DNA from: a virus
DNA length: 64,000 nucleotides
Reading direction: 5' to 3' (one strand)
IMG/VR virus record: IMGVR_UViG_3300045988_119069
In this document: in pieces, positions 8,392-16,922 of the stretch
Layout: the number at the start of each line of letters is the position of its first letter
Position numbering within the stretch: the first letter of the stretch is position 1
Made by a program: the position numbers and the translations under genes
The notes under the pieces: generated by a model
Databases searched by the model: none
What the model saw: only the letters and a program-made list of their open reading frames with translations
What the model was told of the DNA's origin: nothing

Positions 8392-9174
8392 ATGGCAGAA
8401 CAGATTAGAGTATGGAAGTCGAAGAACCTGCGCTCTACTTATATGCTTGTATATAGAGACGAGCAGACGGGGAAGCTGCGTATCACTCGGATGGATGGCA
8501 GAAAATGTGACAATGAAAAGGGTATGATAAAGAGTTATAACATGTTTGGTGGTGGTCTTTGGGCAGCTTGCAGGGACATGGGCAACGATGTTGCTGAGAT
8601 ACGCGCTGCCGTAGATCGTGAGATAGCAGAGGAGACGGCACAGCGAGAGCGCGAGGAGCTTTGCCTGAAAGCGGAAGCCGAAGCTAAGGTGAAGGCTTTA
8701 CAGGAGGCTCAGGAGATTAGGGCTGCGCTTGCCGGCACGAAGGACAGCGTATGTGTCAAGCCTATTGAGGTGTTGCAGCGGTACGACCTCTTAGAGGAGC
8801 ATCTGGAACAGCTGAAGCCTGGTGAGTATGCCGTTTGCGTCAACTATAAGAAGAAGGGCACGGTGGAGCTGCGCACGAAAGCACGAACAACCGACCATCT
8901 GAAGGTGTTGGCAAAGGTGACGAAGGAGGAAAGAAACAGTAAAGCCGCTTTACATCGTTTTGCCGTGAAGGTGCGCGAAGCGTATCAGTCGGGCATTGTC
9001 ATCATCGGAAAGACTCACGCCCTTCAGAGCTTCGGCAAGCGTATTGTGGACGCTGCCCTCTGTATCAAGGAGAGCCAGAACACTTATTATTCATCATTTG
9101 CGCCACGTCAGTATTACGACAAGAACACGCTTGTGTATATGAAGTTGGAGCAGATAGAGAAGAATGTCAAATAA
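8392..9174 (+). CDS. hypothetical protein (260 aa, central coiled-coil-like E/A/K stretch)
   Basis: ORF track. Confidence 0.7.
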   Translation: MAEQIRVWKSKNLRSTYMLVYRDEQTGKLRITRMDGRKCDNEKGMIKSYNMFGGGLWAACRDMGNDVAEIRAAVDREIAEETAQREREELCLKAEAEAKVKALQEAQEIRAALAGTKDSVCVKPIEVLQRYDLLEEHLEQLKPGEYAVCVNYKKKGTVELRTKARTTDHLKVLAKVTKEERNSKAALHRFAVKVREAYQSGIVIIGKTHALQSFGKRIVDAALCIKESQNTYYSSFAPRQYYDKNTLVYMKLEQIEKNVK

Positions 9175-9197
9175 AAACATTTACAAAACAAATAATT

Positions 9198-9788
9198 ATG
9201 GATAGCAAAAGTATTTGTAGGAGTGAAGATATGGAGAATACAGCAAGTAATACAAAAGCCGGTCGTCCTGCGATGGAAGGAAGCACACGCCGCTATATCG
9301 TTGCCGACGATGTGCATGAGTGGATCATCCAGCACGGAGGCGGACAGTATATCACGGACACCATGCGCTGTGTGCGTGTTACGAGCGGAGGCAAAGGTGC
9401 TGTAACAGATTATGCGATGTGCATTCTTCGCGCTGCCACGTGCTTCGATTTTGAGGTAGACCTTACCGAATCTTATGTTGACTTAGGATTGAAGGCCCGC
9501 GACATGATATTGTCGAAGGTAAAAGAGCCTGAGACATATCATGTGTACAAGGAAGGGACGTGGAAAGATGGCGTTTTCTGTAACAACATTTGCTCCCTTG
9601 CTATCAGTTCACCGTCAGAATGCCCTGAAGACGAAAACAAGCGACGTTATTACAGGCCGTCGGGAAACTTCGGGGATTATAAGCGCATTCCTTACAAGCG
9701 GGTGAAGGCAGGAGACTATTGTCTGGTTAATAGGTACATCGACGACAAAGCACGAGTCGTAGGCGTATTGGCGCAAGTAGAGAAGTGA
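9198..9788 (+). CDS. hypothetical protein (196 aa)
   Basis: ORF track; leader aaataattATG. Confidence 0.65.
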   Translation: MDSKSICRSEDMENTASNTKAGRPAMEGSTRRYIVADDVHEWIIQHGGGQYITDTMRCVRVTSGGKGAVTDYAMCILRAATCFDFEVDLTESYVDLGLKARDMILSKVKEPETYHVYKEGTWKDGVFCNNICSLAISSPSECPEDENKRRYYRPSGNFGDYKRIPYKRVKAGDYCLVNRYIDDKARVVGVLAQVEK

Positions 9789-9823
9789 AAATAAATAATA
9801 ACATTTTAAATACTTTATAGAAT

Positions 9824-11347
9824 ATGACTAAGATTAAGGATTTTGACGATTATCGTGCGTTGGTGGACGTGGTGAAGATGCACGACTATAGATATTTTGG
9901 GCTGAACTGTCCGACCATCAGCGACGAGGAATATGACACGATGTACTTTGCCCTGCAGGAGTACGAAGATCAGCACGCGGACGAGGTATTGCCCGACTCG
10001 CCTACTCAGCAGTGTTATAGCGAGAACGGTAACGGAAAGCGCACGGTGGCACGTCGCACGGCATGCCTCTCCATGAAGAAGCTGCATGATGCCAAGGCGG
10101 TGGTGAAATATCTGAGAGCACAGCAACGAGCGACCAATATCAGCTCTAAGGGCACGGTGGTGGATGTAGAGTGGAAGTTTGACGGCGAGACCGTGAGCTT
10201 AGTATATCGTCAGGGAGTGTTGGCAGAAGCCACCTACGGGCACGGCAAGGATCTGTTTGGCAACGACTGCCTGGATCATATCAAGCATGTACAGGGCGTA
10301 CCTGCCCAGGTGGACGTATGGAATCAGTACGACCGTGTAGAGGTGAGAGGTGAGGTGATTATTTCACTTGAGGAGTTTGCTCGTTATAGCAAGGCTGGCA
10401 AATCACCTCGTTCTACGAGCAACGGCATCATGTCCAAGAAGGTGGCTGTAAAGGACGAGTGCAAGCGCCTGGAGTTTCATCCTTTCCGTCTTATTATGGA
10501 CGACGTGGTAAGGCATGCCGCTGCCATGCAGGCCCTTGAGCGTAACGGTTTCAAGACTTCGGGCTTCGTGTCGGCTCTTAAACTTGAAAAGCCGGATGCC
10601 GAGCTGGAGCAGGATATCGAGAACATCGTGTGTGCTGCCGAGGTGGAGCGAGAGTCGCTGCCCTACCCTACCGACGGACTTGTCTTTAAGTTCGACAACT
10701 ACGACTATTACGACCGCATCGGACATACCGACCATGACGCAAAGTATAACTGCGCATTTAAGTTCCGCCCGGTGTTCAAGGCCGTAACCACATATCGCGG
10801 CCATCACACCACGGTAGGCGAGAAGACCGGCAAGATAACATACGTAGCCGACTTTGACGAGGTGGAAATGAACGGACACCGTTTTGCCCATGCCAACTGT
10901 GGCAGCGAGCGCACGTTCCTTCAGAAGGATCTTACACCTGGATGCAAGATTGAGGTCAGTCTGCACGGTGATGTTATCGTGTGTGTGGATGGCAAGGTGG
11001 GAGAAGAACCTATGGAAATTGTTCATCATCCAGAGCCTCACGTTATAGAGCAGGATATTAATCAGAGTCAGGAGCCGGAAGCAGAGCCGGAACCTATACC
11101 TCAGCCGGAGCCGGAACCTCAGCCGAAGCCGAAGCGCAAGCGTTACTATCCGCAGGTAGGCGAGCCGACGCTGCGAGAGGAACGCGAGGACACGTCGGAA
11201 AGTGAAGACAAGGGCATGGGCGTGAAGACGGTGTTGGCGGGTGTACTGGCGGTGCTGATGGCTGTGTCAACGGGAGTAGTGCTGTTGGCGTTTGCGGGTG
11301 CTGCGGTGTTCTTAATGCCGATGATCGGCGGACTGACGAAAGAATAA
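9824..11347 (+). CDS. ligA: NAD-dependent DNA ligase-like protein (Ia + adenylation + OB) with a PE-rich linker and C-terminal TM anchor
   Basis: N-terminal pattern ...YRYFGLNCPTISDEEYDTMY...LPDSPTQ, KxDG motif (EWKFDGETVSLVY) and VEVRGEVII. The C-terminus is EPEAEPEPIPQPEPEPQPKPK followed by VLAGVLAVLMAVSTGVVLLAFAGAAVFLMPMIGG. Confidence 0.8.
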   Translation: MTKIKDFDDYRALVDVVKMHDYRYFGLNCPTISDEEYDTMYFALQEYEDQHADEVLPDSPTQQCYSENGNGKRTVARRTACLSMKKLHDAKAVVKYLRAQQRATNISSKGTVVDVEWKFDGETVSLVYRQGVLAEATYGHGKDLFGNDCLDHIKHVQGVPAQVDVWNQYDRVEVRGEVIISLEEFARYSKAGKSPRSTSNGIMSKKVAVKDECKRLEFHPFRLIMDDVVRHAAAMQALERNGFKTSGFVSALKLEKPDAELEQDIENIVCAAEVERESLPYPTDGLVFKFDNYDYYDRIGHTDHDAKYNCAFKFRPVFKAVTTYRGHHTTVGEKTGKITYVADFDEVEMNGHRFAHANCGSERTFLQKDLTPGCKIEVSLHGDVIVCVDGKVGEEPMEIVHHPEPHVIEQDINQSQEPEAEPEPIPQPEPEPQPKPKRKRYYPQVGEPTLREEREDTSESEDKGMGVKTVLAGVLAVLMAVSTGVVLLAFAGAAVFLMPMIGGLTKE

Positions 11348-11353
11348 TTTTCA

Positions 11354-11427
11354 AGCCAACAGAAGGCACGAAAAGAACGGAAACATACGTTTTTAATCTT
11401 CTGTATTTTTTGTGTATTCCGTTGGCT
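11354..11427 (+). repeat. intergenic hairpin element (CCAACAGAA family)
   Basis: AGCCAACAGAAGGCACGAAAAGAACGGAA ... TTCTGTATTTTTTGTGTATTCCGTTGGCT. The arms pair with several G-U positions. Confidence 0.75.
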
Positions 11428-11453
11428 ATAATAAATATTTAAGTGTAAACATT

Positions 11454-11591
11454 ATGACAGTAGAAGAGTATTTTAATCATTTGAAGGTTATTACTGAAAA
11501 CGCCGGAGCAGACAAGACTGGCGTAAAGCTTGAGACGGAGGACGGATATAGCATCAGTATATCTGTAACAAAGAAACTAAATAAAAAGTAA
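11454..11591 (+). CDS. possible small ORF (45 aa)
   Basis: ATG follows acattATG; TAA stop 6 nt before the next start. Below the track cutoff. Confidence 0.35.
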   Translation: MTVEEYFNHLKVITENAGADKTGVKLETEDGYSISISVTKKLNKK

Positions 11592-11597
11592 ATAATT

Positions 11598-11843
11598 ATG
11601 AAAAAACAGAAATTTGAGATTCGTATTGCCGTAGGTGGCGATGACGAGAGAACGGGAGTGGACATAGAAGTATGGAAGGACGGAAAAACCTCTGACTTCA
11701 GATTGCTTGAGGGCGATAACCTGCGACTGGCATTCGAGAGTCTGAAGTATTCACTGGGCGTTGTGGCACGGATGTATCTTGAGCAGATGCACAAGGAAGG
11801 ACAGATTGACGACGAGCAGTACCAGAAACTCCATACGAAGTAA
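11598..11843 (+). CDS. hypothetical protein (81 aa)
   Basis: ORF track. Confidence 0.6.
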   Translation: MKKQKFEIRIAVGGDDERTGVDIEVWKDGKTSDFRLLEGDNLRLAFESLKYSLGVVARMYLEQMHKEGQIDDEQYQKLHTK

Positions 11844-11889
11844 CATATCATACAGTAATTTATTATTAACCATTAAACTTTATAGAATT

Positions 11890-12120
11890 ATGGCAGAAAC
11901 AGAGAAATTTTCAAGTGAACAGATTATGGCAATGAAGCATATCCGGAACAAAGGCTTCGCAGGGTATCATCGTAGAAGCGACGGAACGGCAGCGTGCCCG
12001 GAGCTGGAGGAGCTTGTGGAAGCAGGTTATCTTACAAAGTGGTATCAGCGAATGTTCAATGAGGATGTGTATGAGCTGACAGAGAAGGGATCAAACCTTG
12101 TCCGTTCGCTTGTAGGGTAA
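11890..12120 (+). CDS. hypothetical protein (76 aa)
   Basis: Track ORF 11761.. trimmed to ATG 11890, which follows the leader ACTTTATAGAATTATG. Confidence 0.6.
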   Translation: MAETEKFSSEQIMAMKHIRNKGFAGYHRRSDGTAACPELEELVEAGYLTKWYQRMFNEDVYELTEKGSNLVRSLVG

Positions 12121-12132
12121 GCCACTGTTATA

Positions 12133-12207
12133 AGCCAACAGAAGGTACGGAATAAACGGAATTTGTCTATTAAAATATTTTCTGTGGATTTTGTGTTTTC
12201 TGTTGGA
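12133..12207 (+). repeat. intergenic hairpin element (CCAACAGAA family)
   Basis: AGCCAACAGAAGGTACGGAATAAACGGAA ... TTTCTGTGGATTTTGTGTTTTCTGTTGG. All arm mismatches I checked are G-U/U-G compatible on the + strand. Confidence 0.75.
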
Positions 12208-12242
12208 TTCAAAATCAATTTACTAACTAAAACCTAAAGATT

Positions 12243-12596
12243 ATGAGAACTAACTTGAAGATGATGGCTGCTATTGCAGCCGTGGGCATGACGATTGTTT
12301 CATGCGGTAGTGATAACGAAAATCTTGTGGAGGACGTGGTGTTAGGTGACTGCCCTACCCCATCGTCGTTGATTGCTGTCCCGCGTTATCGTCTGCCTAC
12401 GAGATTGGAGGCTGCGCAGGTGTTGAAGTATGCTGATGTGCCGGATAGTCAGTCGAACGGCTATTACACGTTTGTACCGCATGGCACGGTGACGAAGGCA
12501 GGAACGAAGACTAAGTACTGCATCCTGCCCCTCCGCACGGAGAGAACGAGCGAAGAGGATCAGGTGGACATAACTGTGAATGACGAATGGGACTGA
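12243..12596 (+). CDS. lipoprotein (117 aa)
   Basis: Signal peptide plus lipobox ...GMTIVSC-GSDNE. Confidence 0.7.
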   Translation: MRTNLKMMAAIAAVGMTIVSCGSDNENLVEDVVLGDCPTPSSLIAVPRYRLPTRLEAAQVLKYADVPDSQSNGYYTFVPHGTVTKAGTKTKYCILPLRTERTSEEDQVDITVNDEWD

Positions 12597-12614
12597 TAAT
12601 GAGGAGAGTGGATT

Positions 12615-12900
12615 TACATAATTCCATAAAACCACAATCCCATAAAAACATAAATCCACATTTGTGGTTTTCCACGAATACACAAACACATCCACACATA
12701 AATACATAAACACACAAATACACACATCAACAAACCAATACACAAATCAAGCAATAAACAAATCAATACACATATAAATACATACATCAACAAAGCAATG
12801 AATAAATAAAGTAATAAACAAACAAAGAAATAAAGCAATGAATAAAGCAACAAACAAAGTAATAAATAAATAAATAAATAAACAAATAAATCAACAAATA
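12615..12900 (+). repeat. A/C-only low-complexity repeat tract upstream of parA (candidate centromere)
   Basis: About 285 bp with almost no G on the + strand. Repeated units: AAGCAATGAATAAA x2, AAGTAATAAA x2, CATCAACAAA x2, (AATA/AACA)n. The tract ends 35 nt before the parA promoter box. Confidence 0.6.
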
Positions 12901-12933
12901 AATGTGCGTGGATGTTTGGATATATCAGTTTTA

Positions 12934-12948
12934 ATTCTTAAATTTGCA
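12934..12948 (+). promoter_or_regulatory. promoter ATTCTTAAATTTGCA (contains the TAAATTTG -7 box), copy 1 of 3
   Basis: The identical 15-mer also occurs at 19281-19295 and 48290-48304, each in front of an operon. Confidence 0.6.
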
Positions 12949-13019
12949 ACGTGTTACAGAAACGATGTTTTCTGCATACATTAATAGATATTATCAACTA
13001 AAAATACATTTTACAGATT

Positions 13020-13886
13020 ATGGAAAGACTAAGAGAAGTGCTTGCCTTTGTAAATCACAAAGGCGGTGTAGGCAAGACAACAACAGTGCAGAGCCTGGCA
13101 GCAGGTTTGCGTCGTTTTGGTAAGGGTAAGTTCGGCGAGAATGCCGACGGACGCAAACGACTGCCGCGTGTGCTAATCATCGACCTCGACCCGCAGGCGT
13201 GTGCCTCGTTCCTCTTCGGATGGAGTGAGACTCAGAATGTAGGCAAGCCTACCGTTTACGACGCATTGGTACAACAGAGCAATCTGCCCGTCTATCAGGT
13301 ACGCGAGGGCGTTTACCTCGCTCCGGCTGCTGCGCAGCTCATATCCATAGAACCGTTCCTTAATCAGCGTGCCGTGCCTCGCAAGGCACTTTGCAAGTTG
13401 TTTGCAAAGCCGCTGAACGAAATGGCTGGCACCGAGCTGGCAGACGAAGGCGTAAATACCGTCGTGGATGCCTTCGACTATGTGCTTATAGACTGTCCTC
13501 CAGCGATGTCGCTGCTCACATACAATGCACTTACGGCAGCCACAAGCGTAGTCTTGCCCGTTCAGCTCGAAGTGTTGGCAACAAAAGGTATTGCCGAAAT
13601 CATCAACGCCATCGAGGAGACACGCGAGGATCTTAATCCGGAGCTTGACATTCGTGGCTTGCTGATGGTTATGAGCAACGACCAGACTAATGCCACAAAG
13701 GAGTTTAAGGCTTATCTTGGCGAGAAGTATCAGGACTATATGTTCGACGCTTACACACGCCGCGACACCAAGATGGTGGAAGCCCAGGCTATGCGAGAAG
13801 ACATCTTTGCTTATGCACCATATTGTAGGGTAGGGCAGGACTACGAGCGTTTTACCAAGGAAATTATCAACAGTTTCACTTTTTAA
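13020..13886 (+). CDS. parA: ParA/Soj-type partition ATPase
   Basis: Deviant Walker A VNHKGGVGKTTT, DLDPQ and IDCPP motifs. Confidence 0.9.
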   Translation: MERLREVLAFVNHKGGVGKTTTVQSLAAGLRRFGKGKFGENADGRKRLPRVLIIDLDPQACASFLFGWSETQNVGKPTVYDALVQQSNLPVYQVREGVYLAPAAAQLISIEPFLNQRAVPRKALCKLFAKPLNEMAGTELADEGVNTVVDAFDYVLIDCPPAMSLLTYNALTAATSVVLPVQLEVLATKGIAEIINAIEETREDLNPELDIRGLLMVMSNDQTNATKEFKAYLGEKYQDYMFDAYTRRDTKMVEAQAMREDIFAYAPYCRVGQDYERFTKEIINSFTF

Positions 13887-13897
13887 TATTATAGGGT

Positions 13898-14350
13898 ATG
13901 GCAAGAGAAATGACGAAGAAGACGAGACGCTTCAGTCTTGAGGAGTCTGACGCTATCGAGGAGAACGAGCGCATATTGGAATCCGGCAGTCAGCAGCGTA
14001 AGGAGAACAGGGAAAACAAGGGGAGAGGAGAAGCAGCAGCGAGTGCTGCCACTGCGCCATCCTCAGACACTCCGGCTACAGACGAGCCGACTGCTTCTAC
14101 AACATCTGAAACTGAGACATCGACAACTACAACTTCTGTAGCAGATCAACCGACAACCACATCATTCAGCAACGGTGTTGCAATGAACATGCGTAAGCCG
14201 AAAGGCAAGAAGACCGAGAACGGCATCACTATCTACGTGCCGATGGAATATTACGAGCGAATTGCCCTGATGAAAATGCGCACAGGTGTACCAATCAAGG
14301 ATTTGGCGCTACAGGCTGTGATTGAGTTCCTGGATAGGAACAAAATGTAA
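13898..14350 (+). CDS. ParG-like centromere-binding protein (disordered S/T/E-rich N-terminus, C-terminal ribbon-helix-helix)
   Basis: C-terminus ITIYVPMEYYERIALMKMRTGVPIKDLALQAVIEFL fits a beta-alpha-alpha RHH fold. The gene lies directly after parA. Confidence 0.65.
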   Translation: MAREMTKKTRRFSLEESDAIEENERILESGSQQRKENRENKGRGEAAASAATAPSSDTPATDEPTASTTSETETSTTTTSVADQPTTTSFSNGVAMNMRKPKGKKTENGITIYVPMEYYERIALMKMRTGVPIKDLALQAVIEFLDRNKM

Positions 14351-14368
14351 AATCTAAACTAATCTATT

Positions 14369-14926
14369 ATGAAGAAGATAATATCAGTATTGTTTGCGCT
14401 CTGCCTGTGTATGGCAGCAAGCGCACAGCAGCACATGAAGTTTATGGGAATACCATTAGACGGAACGGTGGACAACTTTGCCTTGAAGCTGAAGGCTAAG
14501 GGCGTGACGTACGATGCAACGAAGTCGAAAGCTGCAGGGTCAGGCGGTAGGGTGTTTAGCGGTAAGTTTATGGGCGAGAACGCTACGATTAGTGTATTGT
14601 ATAATCCTAAGAGCAAAATAGTGTTCAGTGCTGCGGTTGAAATGCAATATCCAACTGTAGAGTCTGCTCGTATCCCCTTCTTGAACTTAACCGAGAGTTT
14701 GCAACAGAAATATCCTAACACCACGCCCGAGGAAAACAGAGGTCCAGACGGCGAGTTTATTGGAATGGCGTTCAATATCCTTGACGAAACAGGCGACAAC
14801 AGCATTGGTTTTATCCTTCAATCATTGAAAACGTCCAGCTTCGGGTCTGGCGTTTCTATTTGTCTAATGTACACAGATATGGACAACTTTGAAAAAAGCG
14901 AGGCGATATTCAGCGAGGACTTGTAA
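14369..14926 (+). CDS. secreted protein (185 aa)
   Basis: Signal peptide MKKIISVLFALCLCMAASAQQ. Confidence 0.7.
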   Translation: MKKIISVLFALCLCMAASAQQHMKFMGIPLDGTVDNFALKLKAKGVTYDATKSKAAGSGGRVFSGKFMGENATISVLYNPKSKIVFSAAVEMQYPTVESARIPFLNLTESLQQKYPNTTPEENRGPDGEFIGMAFNILDETGDNSIGFILQSLKTSSFGSGVSICLMYTDMDNFEKSEAIFSEDL

Positions 14927-14981
14927 TATGTAAGGTAAAATCCTAATAAAGTTTTTTACCTCAAGGTGTGCGAGGTAAATA

Positions 14982-15022
14982 AAAACGTAGGTTTAGATTT
15001 TAAGGTACAAACCTACGTTTTT
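14982..15022 (+). terminator. intrinsic terminator (13-bp stem)
   Basis: AAAACGTAGGTTT ... AAACCTACGTTTT followed by T. Confidence 0.75.
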
Positions 15023-15028
15023 GTTTAC

Positions 15029-15116
15029 GAAGTCACTACAAAAGTGAGCCGAAGTCACTACAAAAGTGTGCTGAAGTCACTACAAAAGTGAGCCGAAGTC
15101 ACTACAAAAGTGTGCT
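15029..15116 (+). repeat. four direct 22-bp iterons
   Basis: GAAGTCACTACAAAAGTG(A/T)GC(C/T) x4, contiguous (15029, 15051, 15073, 15095). Confidence 0.95.
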
Positions 15117-15298
15117 CTTTTGGCGTGTAAACAACTGATAATCAGCTACAATTTCGTGTCGTAATATAGAATATAAGAATATAGAGGATTCTATAGTAAT
15201 TTATATATTATAGAAAAATAAAAAAATCACCAATTCTTCTATATTCTATATTACCGAAAGGCTAAGAGAAAGAAAATCAATGAGTTACGAAACAATAG
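15117..15298. promoter_or_regulatory. AT-rich spacer of the origin (candidate DNA-unwinding element)
   Basis: Lies between the iteron blocks. Internal inverted repeat GTAATATAGAATATA ... TATATTCTATATTAC. Confidence 0.6.
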
Positions 15299-15364
15299 AG
15301 CACACTTTTGTAGTGACTTCAGCACATAAATGTAGTGACTTCAGCACATAAATGTAGTGACTTA
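15299..15364 (-). repeat. three inverted 22-bp iterons
   Basis: AGCACACTTTTGTAGTGACTTC is the exact reverse complement of the direct iteron. It is followed by two copies of the variant AGCACATAAATGTAGTGACTT. Confidence 0.9.
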
Positions 15365-15389
15365 CAGGTTACGACTTAAAAAACATGAC

Positions 15390-16835
15390 ATGGAAGACAA
15401 TAAGCAGATAATAAAGAAATATATCAACACACCTTTTGCCTATGCCAGAGCACAGAAAGGATTGACTTTGCTCCAGCAGAACATCATGGTAAAGGTGGTT
15501 GAGCATCTACAGGTGTATATAGGCAAGTACTTTAAAAATCCTGTATTGCAAGGTTCCAAGGAAGATCCTAAGCCTATGATGACGCGCGAGGATAGGGATA
15601 ATTTGCCTCCTGTGCGCATAGAACTGAGTGAGCTGGGTGTATCTTCCTGTTCGTATAGTAGAGTGCGTGAGGCGTTAAAAGAAGTGTTAAACGTGCAGTT
15701 AGAGAAGAACACGTTTGACGATGAAGGAAAACCTGTAAAACGTTTAATACAGATATTCTCGAAGATAGACACACCTGTTACCGACAAAGGGACACAGGTG
15801 AGGATGAAGTTAGGCGAGGATGATGAACTGACTGACGTACAGGTGGACCGTGCACGAGGATATGTAGACATCTACCTGAATACGGATATGGTCTTTGAAA
15901 TGTTCGACATGAATCTCGGCTACGTATCGCATCCAAAAGACATAGCACGTATAGGCAAGGTTGACAATATGCCCTTGATGTATTATCTTGTCAGACATAA
16001 GATGAAGAACTTCGATCTGTCTAAGGTGGAGATAACCCCTTTTGAAATACGTGACTATCTGGGACTTGTAAAACGTGATGCTGACGGTAATGTGACTGAC
16101 GTAAAATATCCCCGTTATAGTATGTTTAAATCGCGCATAATAAAAACAGCTCTTGACGATATAAAGCGTGCTTGTGATGCGGGACAGATAGATTTCTATT
16201 TCGACATAAAAAAAGAGGTGCGTCCACGAGGTAAAACAAGGGGAGAACCGAGCTATATAGAGTTTGTGAAGGTGGCGGATAAGAAGAAAGCAAAGCAAGA
16301 CCACCGTAAGGCTTCAGAAAAGCGACTGTGCAAGACGTTGTGCGATATATATCCTACGCTTGACGAGAAGTGCATGATGGCTATATTCAAGACGGTTCCC
16401 GAAGACCTTTGGAACGACTTCAAGACTTATGCCTATAATGGCGTACCAAAGGCAGTGGAGCAGCCGCATAGCTGGAACGGTACGATGGAAGAGTTTGTGT
16501 TCTATATCATGGGGCAGTGGATAAAGCAGCATAGCGTGAAGTCGGGACCACAGCAGCAGACGTTTGCCTTTGCCGAAGCCGAGGAAATCAATCCAGGTGA
16601 AAAGGAGTGGCAGCAGTTTTTGCGCTTGATAGACAAAGACCTTGCAGCCGACTTGCAGAAAGCTCAATTCTTGTCGTATGATGGTACGTACCTTCTTTTA
16701 GGAGTACCGAATAAAGCTCTACCTACAATGATAGAGGAGCACTTAAATGATATTGCCGTTTTAAATCATACTGAAAAATGTTCGGCAAAAGTATTCGGCA
16801 AGATATTATCTCTGAAATATAAGATTGTAAAATAA
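15390..16835 (+). CDS. plasmid-type replication initiator (Rep_3/RepB-like)
   Basis: Immediately downstream of the iterons. N-terminal pattern ...FAYARAQKGLTLLQQNIMVKVVEHL resembles Rep_3 initiators (from memory). Track GTG start 15357 lies inside an iteron, so the ORF was trimmed to ATG 15390. Confidence 0.7.
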   Translation: MEDNKQIIKKYINTPFAYARAQKGLTLLQQNIMVKVVEHLQVYIGKYFKNPVLQGSKEDPKPMMTREDRDNLPPVRIELSELGVSSCSYSRVREALKEVLNVQLEKNTFDDEGKPVKRLIQIFSKIDTPVTDKGTQVRMKLGEDDELTDVQVDRARGYVDIYLNTDMVFEMFDMNLGYVSHPKDIARIGKVDNMPLMYYLVRHKMKNFDLSKVEITPFEIRDYLGLVKRDADGNVTDVKYPRYSMFKSRIIKTALDDIKRACDAGQIDFYFDIKKEVRPRGKTRGEPSYIEFVKVADKKKAKQDHRKASEKRLCKTLCDIYPTLDEKCMMAIFKTVPEDLWNDFKTYAYNGVPKAVEQPHSWNGTMEEFVFYIMGQWIKQHSVKSGPQQQTFAFAEAEEINPGEKEWQQFLRLIDKDLAADLQKAQFLSYDGTYLLLGVPNKALPTMIEEHLNDIAVLNHTEKCSAKVFGKILSLKYKIVK

Positions 16836-16847
16836 TAAATAGTTTCA

Positions 16848-16884
16848 CACCGCTTACCCATTCCCAAGGGTAGGCGGTGTTTTA
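16848..16884 (+). terminator. intrinsic terminator (12-bp stem + TTTT)
   Basis: CACCGCTTACCC ... GGGTAGGCGGTG TTTT. Confidence 0.8.
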
Positions 16885-16914
16885 TTATGTCCTGTTGATG
16901 TTAGCGACTTTTTC

Positions 16915-16922
16915 TAATTTTG
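16915..16922 (+). promoter_or_regulatory. -7 promoter box TAATTTTG
   Basis: Matches TAnnTTTG, 26 nt before ATG 16948. Confidence 0.5.

Noticed and set aside
12342-12853. Three overlapping minus-strand ORFs (133, 70 and 79 aa) rich in C/V/F/L/Y.
   Set aside because: They are translations of the A/C-only repeat tract, so they are low-complexity artefacts.
15029-15364. A possible CRISPR array.
   Set aside because: The 22-bp repeats are contiguous with no spacers, occur in direct and inverted blocks around an AT-rich core, and abut a Rep gene. This is an iteron origin.
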